Source: Bacteroidota bacterium
GTDB lineage: Bacteria > Bacteroidota > Bacteroidia > Chitinophagales > Saprospiraceae
DNA: 47,567 nt
NCBI GenBank assembly: GCA_024276375.1
Contig: JAJRXG010000290.1
Location: 1-47,567, forward strand
Direction of reading: 5' to 3'
Part shown: positions 19,138 to 29,012 of the stretch, one piece after another
Layout: every line of letters begins with the position of its first letter
Numbering within the stretch: position 1 is the first letter of the stretch
Program-made: the position numbers and the translations under genes
The notes under the pieces: generated by a model
Database searches by the model: none
What the model saw: the letters and a program-made list of their open reading frames with translations, nothing else
What the model was told of the DNA's origin: nothing

Positions 19138-19935
19138 TCAGACGTCCTCGGGGAGCATAATACTGCCTTCAAAAACCTTAATCGCCTGTCCAATAAGCCA
19201 GATGTTCTGAAATCGTTGACCGACTTTGTCAAATCTCACTTGAAGGTTTCCCCCCAAGGTGGAGACATCTATCCGGTGAGATCCATCTTTGAGGCCATCT
19301 CGAAGTACTGAGGCAATCGCGGCAGCGGTAACGCCTGTACCACAACTATATGTCTCATCCTCAACGCCGCGTTCATACGTCCTCACATGAAGTATTGACC
19401 CTTTGGGCTCGACAAAATTGACATTGATGCCCTCTTCTCTATAAGTATCGTTATACCGGATTTTTTGAGCCTTATCAACCATTGCTATACGATCTAAATC
19501 AGCGACAAAATGGACAAAATGAGGTGAACCCGTATCTAAGATATACGCATCTCCATCAGTAGTGCCCACCTGACAATCCATCATCTTGAGTTGGACAATG
19601 TCGCCTTTGACATGGGCTTCATGCAGACCATCAATAGCCTCAAAAACCATTGAGTCTTTGGCTATATTGAGGTTATATGCAAGATGTGCCATAGCTCGTC
19701 CCCCGTTGCCACACATCGTACTCAATCTGCCATCCGCATTATAGTAAGTCATCTTAAAATCTGCCGTAGAGGATCGCTCGATAATCATGAGACCATCTGC
19801 ACCCACTCCCAACCTCCTATCGCACCACTGACGAATCCAAGCAGTATCGGGCTCCTTTAAATATGGAACAAGAATCTGATTAATGATCACAAAGTCATTG
19901 GCTGTAGCTTGATACTTGTAAAATGGAATGCGCAT
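19138..19935 (-). CDS. dapF: diaminopimelate epimerase
   Basis: 265 aa. Both catalytic Cys contexts are present (MCGNGGR and YSCGTGVTA). Confidence 0.95.
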   Translation of the reverse strand: MRIPFYKYQATANDFVIINQILVPYLKEPDTAWIRQWCDRRLGVGADGLMIIERSSTADFKMTYYNADGRLSTMCGNGGRAMAHLAYNLNIAKDSMVFEAIDGLHEAHVKGDIVQLKMMDCQVGTTDGDAYILDTGSPHFVHFVADLDRIAMVDKAQKIRYNDTYREEGINVNFVEPKGSILHVRTYERGVEDETYSCGTGVTAAAIASVLRDGLKDGSHRIDVSTLGGNLQVRFDKVGQRFQNIWLIGQAIKVFEGSIMLPEDV

Positions 19936-19983
19936 ACCGAACCTCTATTTTAATCACAAAGAAAACCCTTCCGGGACAAAAGA

Positions 19984-20160
19984 GTTTATTTGTTACTATT
20001 CAGGTAGGCGTCATTTTGGCTAAAAAAAACACTTTTCCCGTCATATTTCCGCTATTTTTTTCGCCGTAGCGCTGCTATGCCTCAAAAAATAAGCGTCATC
20101 TGACGAAAAAACTACCTTTTTTTATCTCAAAAGCACCCTCCTGAATAGTAACGTTTATTT
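19984..20160. mobile_element. 161-bp MITE with 13-bp perfect TIRs and 8-bp target-site duplication
   Basis: The direct repeat GTTTATTT lies at 19984-19991 and 20153-20160. It sits immediately outside the TIRs GTTACTATTCAGG (19992-20004) and CCTGAATAGTAAC (20140-20152). There is no ORF inside. The arms stay partly complementary further inward. Confidence 0.6.
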
Positions 20161-20204
20161 CGTATTCCTCAAATACCATATCATATTACAATCTCCATTT
20201 ATAT

Positions 20205-21353
20205 ATGCTTACTTTTGTCCTTGAGCAAAAGAATGATAGATTGAAAAAAGCATTGATCACAGGTATAACGGGTCAAGACGGAGCCTATCTCGCCGATCTC
20301 TTGATCAGTAAGGGGTATCAAGTACACGGTATCAAAAGACGTAGTTCGTTGCTCAATACACAGCGTATAGACCACCTCTACCAAGACCCTCATGAGCGTA
20401 ATGTAAAGCTCATATTGCACTATGGTGATCTTACAGATAGCACCAATATCATAAGGATCATACAAGAAGTACAGCCCGACGAAATCTACAACCTCGCCGC
20501 CATGTCTCATGTCAAAGTAAGTTTTGACAGTCCTGAATATACGGCGGATGTAGATGCCTTGGGGACACTGCGCATACTCGAAGCCGTAAGGTTATTGGGT
20601 CTAACCGATACAACCAAAATCTATCAAGCATCCACCTCGGAGCTCTATGGCCTCGTACAGGAAGTGCCTCAATCCGAGCGAACCCCCTTTTATCCAAGAT
20701 CTCCGTATGCAGTTGCCAAGCTTTATGCCTATTGGATCACCATCAATTATCGCGAGGCATATGGTATGTATGCGTGCAACGGTATCCTCTTCAACCATGA
20801 GAGTCCGATACGAGGAGAAACATTTGTCACCAGAAAAATCAGCAGAGCTGTAGCCCGAATCGTTCTCGGTCTTCAAGGATCGTTGTTTCTCGGCAATCTC
20901 GACGCCAAAAGAGATTGGGGACACGCTAAGGATTATGTCGAAGCAATGTGGCTCATGATGCAACAAGATACTGCTGAAGACTTTGTCATCGCCACGGGCA
21001 AAACAACCAGTATCAGGGATCTGGCCATACAAGCTTTTGCGGTCTGTGGAATAAGGTTGAGATTTGAGCACAAAGGACTCCAAGAAATCGGAATAGTAGA
21101 ACAAGTTGAAGCCTCTCAATACCGGTTTCTCCAAGGTAAAACGGTCATCAAGGTAGATCCCAATTACTTTCGACCGACCGAAGTAGATATGCTGATAGGA
21201 GATGCCTCTAAGGCCAAAGAGAAACTCAATTGGACTCCCAAAATATCCCTTTCGGAAATGCTTGACGAAATGGTATCATCGGATCTCGATATAATGAAAC
21301 GAGAACTACTGCTGCGGGACTCAGGATATCAAACTTTTCATGGCAATGAATAA
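20205..21353 (+). CDS. gmd: GDP-mannose 4,6-dehydratase
   Basis: Near-colinear with enterobacterial Gmd ([46 protein letters not shown]). The start could be 20241. Confidence 0.97.
   Translation: MLTFVLEQKNDRLKKALITGITGQDGAYLADLLISKGYQVHGIKRRSSLLNTQRIDHLYQDPHERNVKLILHYGDLTDSTNIIRIIQEVQPDEIYNLAAMSHVKVSFDSPEYTADVDALGTLRILEAVRLLGLTDTTKIYQASTSELYGLVQEVPQSERTPFYPRSPYAVAKLYAYWITINYREAYGMYACNGILFNHESPIRGETFVTRKISRAVARIVLGLQGSLFLGNLDAKRDWGHAKDYVEAMWLMMQQDTAEDFVIATGKTTSIRDLAIQAFAVCGIRLRFEHKGLQEIGIVEQVEASQYRFLQGKTVIKVDPNYFRPTEVDMLIGDASKAKEKLNWTPKISLSEMLDEMVSSDLDIMKRELLLRDSGYQTFHGNE
20210..20217 (+). promoter_or_regulatory. candidate -7 promoter box (TACTTTTG) for the glycan locus
   Basis: Exact TAnnTTTG match. 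It lies inside the 5' end of the track ORF, which argues that gmd really starts at the in-frame TTG at 20241 ([14 protein letters not shown]). Confidence 0.35.
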
Positions 21354-22275
21354 GAATGCTAAAATATACATTGCTGGCCATAGAGGAATGGTAGGTTCTG
21401 CCATCGTACGCGCCTTGCGGCAAAAGAGATTTGATAATATAACGGTACGAACCTCAAGTGAACTCGACCTGCGCAATCAAAGTGCGGTCCATGACTTTTT
21501 TGCTTCTGAACGTCCTCAATACGTGTTTCTTGCGGCAGCTAAAGTGGGAGGAATCATGGCCAACAATACTTATCGAGCTGATTTTCTCTACCAGAATATT
21601 ATGATTCAGTCTAACGTGATTCACGCTGCTCATAACAATGATGTAAACAAGTTATTGTTTCTCGGATCCTCCTGCATATACCCCAAAATGGCCGATCAGC
21701 CCATACGCGAAGACTCCTTGCTCACGGGCACATTGGAGCCCACCAATGAACCCTATGCGATCGCCAAAATAGCCGGCATAAAAATGTGCGATGCCTATAG
21801 AGACCAATACGGCTGCAACTTTATATCTGCAATGCCCACCAATCTATACGGCCCCAACGACAACTACGACCTCACAACCTCTCACGTTCTTCCCGCGTTG
21901 ATCAGAAAATTTATTGAAGCCAAACGTCACAATGATCCGCACGTACTACTCTGGGGAACAGGCAGTCCGAAACGAGAATTTCTTCATGTAGATGATATGG
22001 CCGATGCCTGCCTGTACCTCATGAATGAATATAATGAGCCCCACCCGATCAACGTTGGTACAGGAAAGGATATATCGATATTGGAATTGGCTCAGTTGAT
22101 CCGTGATATTGTTGGTTACACAGGCGACATCCGGCACGACCTTTCAAAACCCGACGGTACGCCCAGAAAACTCCTCGATGTTTCCAAACTAAATACACTG
22201 GGATGGAAGTATAAGATCGAATTGCGCGACGGAATCGAAGCCATCGTCAAAGACCTGAAGAATACCTCTTTTTAA
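21340..22275 (+). CDS. fcl: GDP-L-fucose synthase (GDP-4-keto-6-deoxymannose 3,5-epimerase/4-reductase)
   Basis: 311 aa with [30 protein letters not shown] and [12 protein letters not shown]. It overlaps the gmd end by 14 nt. Confidence 0.95.
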   Translation: MAMNKNAKIYIAGHRGMVGSAIVRALRQKRFDNITVRTSSELDLRNQSAVHDFFASERPQYVFLAAAKVGGIMANNTYRADFLYQNIMIQSNVIHAAHNNDVNKLLFLGSSCIYPKMADQPIREDSLLTGTLEPTNEPYAIAKIAGIKMCDAYRDQYGCNFISAMPTNLYGPNDNYDLTTSHVLPALIRKFIEAKRHNDPHVLLWGTGSPKREFLHVDDMADACLYLMNEYNEPHPINVGTGKDISILELAQLIRDIVGYTGDIRHDLSKPDGTPRKLLDVSKLNTLGWKYKIELRDGIEAIVKDLKNTSF

Positions 22276-22327
22276 TATAGCAGGGAGAAAGAATACGAAC
22301 ATAAAGAAAGAAATAAAAAACAACTGA

Positions 22328-24172
22328 TTGAAAATAATAAAATCCATATTCAACAATCCATATTTTGCTGCGATACGCAATATAAAGTCCGTATTGGATT
22401 ACGATCAGAAGAAGCGTGGCCTCATCATGATATTTTTGCTTTTTATCAATGCTGTTGGGGACTTGCTGGGTCTCGCCACGATTGGGACATTGATCATCAG
22501 TTCGCTGGATGACAACGTATTTACCAAGACAGTATATACCAGAGACATGGTAGATTCTGATTTTCAATTTTACATACATCTGGGATTGCGCAAACTGTAT
22601 GATTGGTCCGGAGCGACCAGTGATATTGCTTTTTTATTTTATTTATCTATATTGATATTCATCATTTTTATAGCCAAGAATGCCTTGTTCATTTTTATCA
22701 CCTATATCCAGACGAGATTTGGTTTTAATGTAGCATTGCGTTTAAACAAAAAGATGTTCAAATACTTCTATGATAAAGGCTACTTATTTATCACTCATTC
22801 TACTTCCGGCAATAAGGTATATTCTATCGTAGATATACCGATGCGCTTTGCCTCCAATTATTTTTTGCCGACCATGGTTTTTACAACAGAACTCGTCGTA
22901 TTAGTCATACTCGGTATCGCATTGTTGTTTATCAATCCCAAAGCAGTAATGTTGTTATTGATCATCATTGTTCCGGTATTTGTAATTATATACAGGATTT
23001 CGAAATCCAAAATCAAGGAGATCGGTTATCAACGCAATCGTTTGGCTCCGCTCAACTATGCCAAGATATATGAGGCGATGAATGGATATGTAGATATAAA
23101 GTTGTCCAATGCAGAAAATCTTATTTCGTCTCAATACATCACCCTTCAAAAAAAGCTGAACAGCGTGGATGCCTTATACTTTGGTGTCTATCTCAGGATA
23201 AATTCACGGACTAATGACATTATTTTTGGAATGGGATTTATGGTGATTTTTGGATTTGCCTATGCGACCGGGATGAATAGGATGGATGTATTGCAATTGC
23301 TTGGGATATTTGCCATTGCGGCATACAAGTTTCTCCCTTCCGTCAATCGCATGATGGGCAGCATTCTTGCAATAAAGAACTCTTCATTTGTAATTGATGA
23401 ATTGTCGGTAATTGCCAATACCTCACTGAGCGAATACCCTAGTGCCGGAACGATAAGAATAGAAAAAGAAATCTCCCTTGAGCATATCAAATATAAATAT
23501 CCTGAGAGTGAAGATTGGATATTGGATGATGTAAGTGTTTCGATTCCCAAAGGAACTGCTCTGGGCATCATAGGAGAATCCGGATCGGGCAAAACAACAA
23601 TGCTCAAGATATTGTTGAGACTCCTCAAGCAAAATGAAGGAGACATTTATATCGATGGCAACAAGGTCGATAACGACTTAGAGCCTTCATTTCAAAAACT
23701 CATAGGCTATGTCGAGCAAGATATATTTATTCTCAATGATACTATAAGAAACAATATCGCATTTGGGCTGGCTGATAGTGATGATGCCAAAATGTGGGAA
23801 ATATTAAAACAATGCAGATTGGATCAATTTGTCAGAGAATTGCCAGATGGTCTGGACATGAAACTCGGCGAAAACGGTGTCAATTTATCCGGAGGTCAAA
23901 AACAACGCATCGGTATCGCCCGTGCTCTTTATAAGGATTCGGAGATATTGTGTTTTGACGAGGCCACTAGCGCCTTGGACAATGAAACCGAAAGAGCCAT
24001 AGTTGAGAGTATCAACGATCTTTCCAAACTGGGAAAAACGATCATCATCGTTGCCCATCGCATTACTACATTGGAAAAATGCAACCGGATTATCGAACTC
24101 GACAAAGGCCGCATCGTAAGAGAACCATCTTACGATGCATTGATAAAAGAAAAAGTATTGTACACCGAATAA
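22328..24172 (+). CDS. fused TMD-NBD ABC exporter (MsbA/PglK-like)
   Basis: 614 aa. The N-terminal half has six hydrophobic helices. The C-terminal half has Walker A GESGSGKTT, signature LSGGQKQR and Walker B ILCFDEATSALD. Confidence 0.93.
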   Translation: MKIIKSIFNNPYFAAIRNIKSVLDYDQKKRGLIMIFLLFINAVGDLLGLATIGTLIISSLDDNVFTKTVYTRDMVDSDFQFYIHLGLRKLYDWSGATSDIAFLFYLSILIFIIFIAKNALFIFITYIQTRFGFNVALRLNKKMFKYFYDKGYLFITHSTSGNKVYSIVDIPMRFASNYFLPTMVFTTELVVLVILGIALLFINPKAVMLLLIIIVPVFVIIYRISKSKIKEIGYQRNRLAPLNYAKIYEAMNGYVDIKLSNAENLISSQYITLQKKLNSVDALYFGVYLRINSRTNDIIFGMGFMVIFGFAYATGMNRMDVLQLLGIFAIAAYKFLPSVNRMMGSILAIKNSSFVIDELSVIANTSLSEYPSAGTIRIEKEISLEHIKYKYPESEDWILDDVSVSIPKGTALGIIGESGSGKTTMLKILLRLLKQNEGDIYIDGNKVDNDLEPSFQKLIGYVEQDIFILNDTIRNNIAFGLADSDDAKMWEILKQCRLDQFVRELPDGLDMKLGENGVNLSGGQKQRIGIARALYKDSEILCFDEATSALDNETERAIVESINDLSKLGKTIIIVAHRITTLEKCNRIIELDKGRIVREPSYDALIKEKVLYTE

Positions 24173-24184
24173 CAGAACGAGAAT

Positions 24185-25195
24185 ATGAATGGAAAGTCAA
24201 TACTGATCACTGGAGGAACGGGATCCCTCGGAAAAGCTCTGACGAGGCGGATTTTTGCATCATTTCCGGATGTAAAGCGACTGGTTATATTTTCTCGTGA
24301 CGAGCAGAAGCAATTTCAGATGGAACAAGAGTATCCCAAAAAATTGTATCCTGCCATCCGGTTTTTTATCGGCGATGTACGGGACAAAGAACGACTCGTG
24401 CGAGCCATGCATGGCATAGATTATGTCATTCATGCTGCAGCTATGAAACATGTCCATCTCGCAGAATACAATCCTTCTGAATGTATAAAAACCAACATAG
24501 GAGGAGCCGAGAATGTCATTCATGCATGTCTCGAAACAGATGTCCAACGCGTCGTTGCACTCTCTACCGACAAGGCATGTGCTCCCATCAATCTCTACGG
24601 TGCCACCAAGCTCACTTCCGACAAATTGTTTATCGCCGCCAACAATATAAAAGGTGCTAATCCCATTAGATTCTCAGTTGTCCGGTATGGCAATGTCATG
24701 GGCTCCAATGGTTCTGTAATTCCATTTTTTATAAAAAAAAGAAAAGAAGGATTTCTTCCGATTACCGATCCACAGATGACTCGATTTAATATCAGTCTGG
24801 ACGAAGGTGTGGATATGGTTTTTCACGCATTGGAACACGCTTGGGGTGGCGAAATATTTATTCCTAAAATACCGTCATACAAAATAACAGAAATTGCCAA
24901 AGCGATTGCTCCCAATATAGAACATCGCATTGTCGGATTGCGGCCGGGCGAAAAAATACACGAAGAAATGATCACCTCATCGGATTCTTTTTTTACCTAT
25001 GATCTCGGACGTTATTATACCATTTTGCCAACTACCCCAAATTGGAATATTGAAGCCTTTAAAAAAGAATTGAATGCCGTAAAAGTGCCTCAGGGATTTA
25101 GTTACAACTCTGGTCAAAATACAGAGTGGGTGGATGTTGATGACTTGAGAATACTTATCAAAAAACATGTTGATCCAGAATTTGAAGTTCTATGA
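24185..25195 (+). CDS. pseB: UDP-N-acetylglucosamine 4,6-dehydratase (inverting), PseB
   Basis: 336 aa, colinear with FlaA1/PseB (ILITGGTGSLGK, FFIGDVRD, YGATKLTSDKLF, VVRYGNVMGS, RPGEKIHE). Confidence 0.93.
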   Translation: MNGKSILITGGTGSLGKALTRRIFASFPDVKRLVIFSRDEQKQFQMEQEYPKKLYPAIRFFIGDVRDKERLVRAMHGIDYVIHAAAMKHVHLAEYNPSECIKTNIGGAENVIHACLETDVQRVVALSTDKACAPINLYGATKLTSDKLFIAANNIKGANPIRFSVVRYGNVMGSNGSVIPFFIKKRKEGFLPITDPQMTRFNISLDEGVDMVFHALEHAWGGEIFIPKIPSYKITEIAKAIAPNIEHRIVGLRPGEKIHEEMITSSDSFFTYDLGRYYTILPTTPNWNIEAFKKELNAVKVPQGFSYNSGQNTEWVDVDDLRILIKKHVDPEFEVL

Positions 25196-26358
25196 CAAAG
25201 AAGGAATATCACATACCTTATGGTAGGCATCACGTCACGCAAGAAGATATCGCAGCAGTTCAACAAGTGTTGCAATCGGCATTCTTGACCATGGGACCAA
25301 AGGCAAAGGAATTTGAAGAGTCGTTTGCTTCATATGTCGGCAGCAAGTATGCCGTGACCGTATCCAACGGGACGGCTGCCTTGCATCTGTGCGCTATGGC
25401 AATGAAGGTCAACTCCGAGAGCAAAGTGATCACAACTGCACTCACTTTTGCCGCTTCTGCCAACTGAGTGCGATACTGTGGCGGGCAAGTAGATTTCTGT
25501 GATATCGATCCGCAGACCCGATTGATAGACTTGGATCTATTGCAAGATAAATTGGAGAAAGCTCCCGAGGGAAGCTATGAAGGCATCATCCCAGTCGATT
25601 TTGCGGGATATCCTGTACAGATGGAGCAATTGAGGAAAATCGCAGATCAATATGGTCTATGGATTATCGAAGATGCCTGTCACGCTCCCGGTGCTTGGTT
25701 TTATGATAGCCTGGGTCAAAAACAATATTGTGGCAGTAGTCAATATGCTGATTTGGCGATATTTTCTTTTCACCCCGTCAAGCATATTGCTTGTGGAGAA
25801 GGAGGTATGATTACGACCAATGATCCCGAATTGTATGCCAAACTCAAGCAACTCAGAACACACGGTATGATCTATCAAGGCAATGATGCATTGATAGAGA
25901 ATCACGGAGGTTGGTATATGGAAATGCAAGACTTGGGATACAATTATCGCATGCCGGATATCTTATGTGCGCTCGGTATCTCTCAACTGAAAAGAGCCTC
26001 TCAGGGGATTGCCAAAAGACAAGCAATCGCCCGGCGATATGATGCAGCATTCAAAAACACTCAAGTGATTACGAGAACTCCTAGCGATGATATCAACCAT
26101 GCATATCACCTCTATATCATAGAAGTCAACAATAGAAAAGAACTCTATGATGCATTGAGAGAGAGTGGCATCTATGTTCAAGTCCATTACATCCCGGTAC
26201 ACCTGATGCCATACTACAAGGAACTGGGCTTTGGCAAAGGAGACTACCCTGTAGCCGAAGCGTACTATGAACGATGTCTGAGTATCCCCATGTATCCCAC
26301 GTTGAGCGAAGAAGAGCAAACTTATGTTATTGACAAAGTATTGTACTATAGCAAGTAA
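25192..26358 (+). pseudogene. pseC: PseC aminotransferase (DegT/DnrJ/EryC1 family) interrupted by one in-frame TGA
   Basis: The track ORFs 25192-25467 and 25468-26358 share a frame. The stop at 25465-25467 replaces a single residue in the conserved block TFAASAN*VRYCGGQVDFCDID. The PLP lysine (FSFHPVKH) lies in the downstream piece. Confidence 0.85.
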
Positions 26359-27051
26359 ATGGGAAACATAGCAATCATACCAGCGAGAGGTGGAAGTAAG
26401 AGAATACCCCGCAAAAACATCAAAGCGTTTTTGGGCAAACCCATTATAGCTTACAGTATCGCGGCCGCCCTGGAGTCCGGCTTGTTCGATGAAGTGATGG
26501 TTTCAACAGATGACTTAGAGATTGCCGATATCGCCAGAGATTTTGGAGCCGTGGTACCTTTTATGAGAAGCGAACAGAATGCCAATGATATGGCAACCAC
26601 TGTCGATGTTATCCTAGAGGTCTTGGGTTGTTACGCTGACAAGGATGTATATTTTGAAGCCGGTTGTTGTATCTATCCGACTGCGCCTTTTACCAACCCC
26701 AAACTACTGCATTCGACCTATGCCCTACTGCGCCAAAGAGATTTTGATAGCACTTTTCCCGTCGTCCGCTACGGGTATCCCATCCAGAGAGCTTTGTCGC
26801 TTGAAGGAGATAAAATAGCGATGTGCCATCCCGAATACATACATACACGATCTCAAGACTTAGGCTTGAGATATCACGATAGTGGACAACACTATTGGTT
26901 CCGAACGGATCAAATCATCCAAACTAAAAAGCTATGGTCTGATCATACCGGAGCCATCGTCATCTCCGATCTTCATACTCAAGATATCGATACCATGGAT
27001 GATTGGTTGCTTGCAGAGATGAAATACAAACTCTTCATGGATGGAAAATAG
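26359..27051 (+). CDS. pseF: pseudaminic acid cytidylyltransferase (CMP-NeuAc synthetase family)
   Basis: 230 aa with the N-terminus IAIIPARGGSKRIPRKN. It sits between pseC and pseG. Confidence 0.88.
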   Translation: MGNIAIIPARGGSKRIPRKNIKAFLGKPIIAYSIAAALESGLFDEVMVSTDDLEIADIARDFGAVVPFMRSEQNANDMATTVDVILEVLGCYADKDVYFEAGCCIYPTAPFTNPKLLHSTYALLRQRDFDSTFPVVRYGYPIQRALSLEGDKIAMCHPEYIHTRSQDLGLRYHDSGQHYWFRTDQIIQTKKLWSDHTGAIVISDLHTQDIDTMDDWLLAEMKYKLFMDGK

Positions 27052-28090
27052 AAAACCCATCATATTTAGAGCGGATGGAAATGAGCGTATTGGCCTAGGC
27101 CATGTCGTGAGATCTCTCGCATTAGCCGCTATGGTCAAAGATCAATTTGAGGTTGTTTTTGCGATTGTATCACCCAGCAAAAGCATTGAAAAGAAAATAT
27201 TGGAGACATGCGACCGTATAATCGTCTTGAAGGAGTCCTTAGATCAGATACAGGAAATCAGTCAAATAGCTTCCGCAGTACCGCAAGCATCAATGTACGT
27301 GTTGGATGGGTATCAATACGATACAACATATCAGTCCTATATCAAAAAATCCGGTGCTGCTATCATATGTATTGACGATATCCACGCATATCACTTTGTA
27401 GCGGATGCCGTCGTCAATCATGCGCCCGGTGTTAAGGCAGATCAATATTCGTGTGAACCCGAAACGGAATTGTGTCTCGGCCTGAAATATGCGCTTTTGA
27501 GAAAACCATTTTTAGAAGCCGCAAGAGAAACAAGAGAAATCAAGGCCATTAAAAATGCTTTTATATGTTTGGGTGGATCAGACCCCCACAATCTGACCCT
27601 CCCATGTGTACAATCCATAACGCAAACTAAGGCTCAATTAGAATCCATACACATCGTCCTAGGATCAAGCAATCAACATATAGCAGCTATCCAATCATAT
27701 GCCAACCATCAACAAGATACCGCCATTCATATACATCAAGATCTCAACGCACACCAAATGTGCTCACTGATGAGGGAAAATGATCTTGCCATCGTTAGCG
27801 CAAGCAGCTTACTCCTCGAAGTCATCTCTGTCAAAATGCCCGTCATCTGCGGATACTACGTGGACAACCAGAAAAACATTTATGACGGATTTGGTCAGCT
27901 CCATTTAATTAATGGCATCGGTGACATGAATTCTTTTACAGGTTATGGAGACCTCATATCCAAAATTAGAAAAACAGATATTCAATCTACTATCGACTTG
28001 CAATCAGAGTATATAGATGGAAGCTCTCATTCTGAGATAATACAACTTTTCAATCGTATTTATAATAAGACAGTCCCAGTCAATCAATAA
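27041..28090 (+). CDS. pseG: UDP-2,4-diacetamido-2,4,6-trideoxy-beta-L-altropyranose hydrolase, PseG-like
   Basis: 349 aa with the N-terminus IIFRADGNERIGLGHVVRSLALA, typical of PseG. GT-B-like. No fused GNAT domain. Confidence 0.8.
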   Translation: MENRKPIIFRADGNERIGLGHVVRSLALAAMVKDQFEVVFAIVSPSKSIEKKILETCDRIIVLKESLDQIQEISQIASAVPQASMYVLDGYQYDTTYQSYIKKSGAAIICIDDIHAYHFVADAVVNHAPGVKADQYSCEPETELCLGLKYALLRKPFLEAARETREIKAIKNAFICLGGSDPHNLTLPCVQSITQTKAQLESIHIVLGSSNQHIAAIQSYANHQQDTAIHIHQDLNAHQMCSLMRENDLAIVSASSLLLEVISVKMPVICGYYVDNQKNIYDGFGQLHLINGIGDMNSFTGYGDLISKIRKTDIQSTIDLQSEYIDGSSHSEIIQLFNRIYNKTVPVNQ

Positions 28091-28136
28091 CAATGGTAAA
28101 GTACTACGACATATTGCCACAATCAAACAAAGCACG

Positions 28137-29012
28137 ATGAACAGGATATGTTTACTGGCCAGTGGCAAGTTGGGCGCCATCACTCTACAAAAAATGCTGC
28201 GCAACAACCATAACGTACAAACCGTATTGACTAATACCAAATCCAATGAAATTATACAGTTGTGCCAATCCCATAACATTCATCTGCTCCTCGGCAATCC
28301 CCGTAGTGAACAAATGAATACAAGTATTCAAGAATTGTCCTTTGACGTGCTACTGTCCGTCAACTATCTGTATATCATCAATGAAAATCTCATAGAAAAG
28401 CCTAAGAAATACGCTATCAATATCCATGGTTCTCTCCTGCCCAGATATCGTGGAAGAACCCCCCACGTCTGGTCGATTATCAATGGAGAAACCAAAACCG
28501 GAGTGACAGCTCACATCATCACACCCGAAGTAGATGCAGGAGATATCGTATCACAAATTGAATTCAAAATCGAAGAAAATGACACGGGCGCAGACTTACT
28601 CAAAAAATATGAATTGCTCTATCCTTCGTTGATAGAGCAATTACTGACAAGCATAGATAATGATAGTATAATCCGGCGACCCCAAAATCATGAACAAGCG
28701 ACATACTACGGAGCACGTACTCCCGATGACGGTCACATAAATTGGCAATGGAGTAAGGAAAGAATCAGAAATTGGATACGCGCACAAGCCCATCCCTATC
28801 CCGGAGCATTTACATTTTTAGATGATATCAAAATAAAGGTTCACAAAGCCACTTTTCACAATATGGGATACGATTACCGTACACCTAATGGTACAATCCT
28901 AAATACGCTCAACCAAGATGTCATCGTTAAAACGACCAACGGAGCTCTACTACTGTCTCAATTACAGTATGACGCACCGATATCCATTAAACCCAATATG
29001 AAATTTTTATGA
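28137..29012 (+). CDS. formyltransferase family protein (Fmt/ArnA-N-like), probable sugar N-formyltransferase
   Basis: 291 aa with the catalytic block NIHGSLLPRYRGRTPHVWSIINGE...D. It overlaps pseI by 4 nt and occupies the slot normally held by pseH. Confidence 0.85.
   Translation: MNRICLLASGKLGAITLQKMLRNNHNVQTVLTNTKSNEIIQLCQSHNIHLLLGNPRSEQMNTSIQELSFDVLLSVNYLYIINENLIEKPKKYAINIHGSLLPRYRGRTPHVWSIINGETKTGVTAHIITPEVDAGDIVSQIEFKIEENDTGADLLKKYELLYPSLIEQLLTSIDNDSIIRRPQNHEQATYYGARTPDDGHINWQWSKERIRNWIRAQAHPYPGAFTFLDDIKIKVHKATFHNMGYDYRTPNGTILNTLNQDVIVKTTNGALLLSQLQYDAPISIKPNMKFL

Noticed and set aside
19992-20152. Inverted repeats upstream of a polysaccharide locus read as a Bacteroides-style invertible (phase-variable) promoter
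   Set aside because: The 8-bp direct repeat immediately outside both inverted repeats is a transposition footprint, not expected for an invertase site. No site-specific recombinase gene is nearby. A TAnnTTTG box for gmd lies outside the element. Inversion remains testable with read pairs.
20601-21134. 177-aa antisense ORF inside gmd. Similar antisense or overlapping ORFs occur at 16267-17431, 18040-18504, 19051-19311, 23260-23646, 25963-26319, 38361-39597 and 43255-43956.
   Set aside because: Each lies entirely within a longer ORF on the opposite strand or in another frame that has strong family motifs. None has recognisable motifs of its own.
25465-25467. TGA in pseC as selenocysteine or an alternative genetic code
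   Set aside because: TGA serves as an ordinary stop in neighbouring genes (for example pseB ends in TGA at 25193-25195). The position is not a redox-active site. I saw no SECIS-like hairpin immediately downstream.
28137-29012. The formyltransferase as housekeeping methionyl-tRNA formyltransferase
   Set aside because: It is embedded in the pse operon and overlaps pseI by 4 nt. Its N-terminus differs from typical Fmt. This cannot be fully excluded without the rest of the genome.
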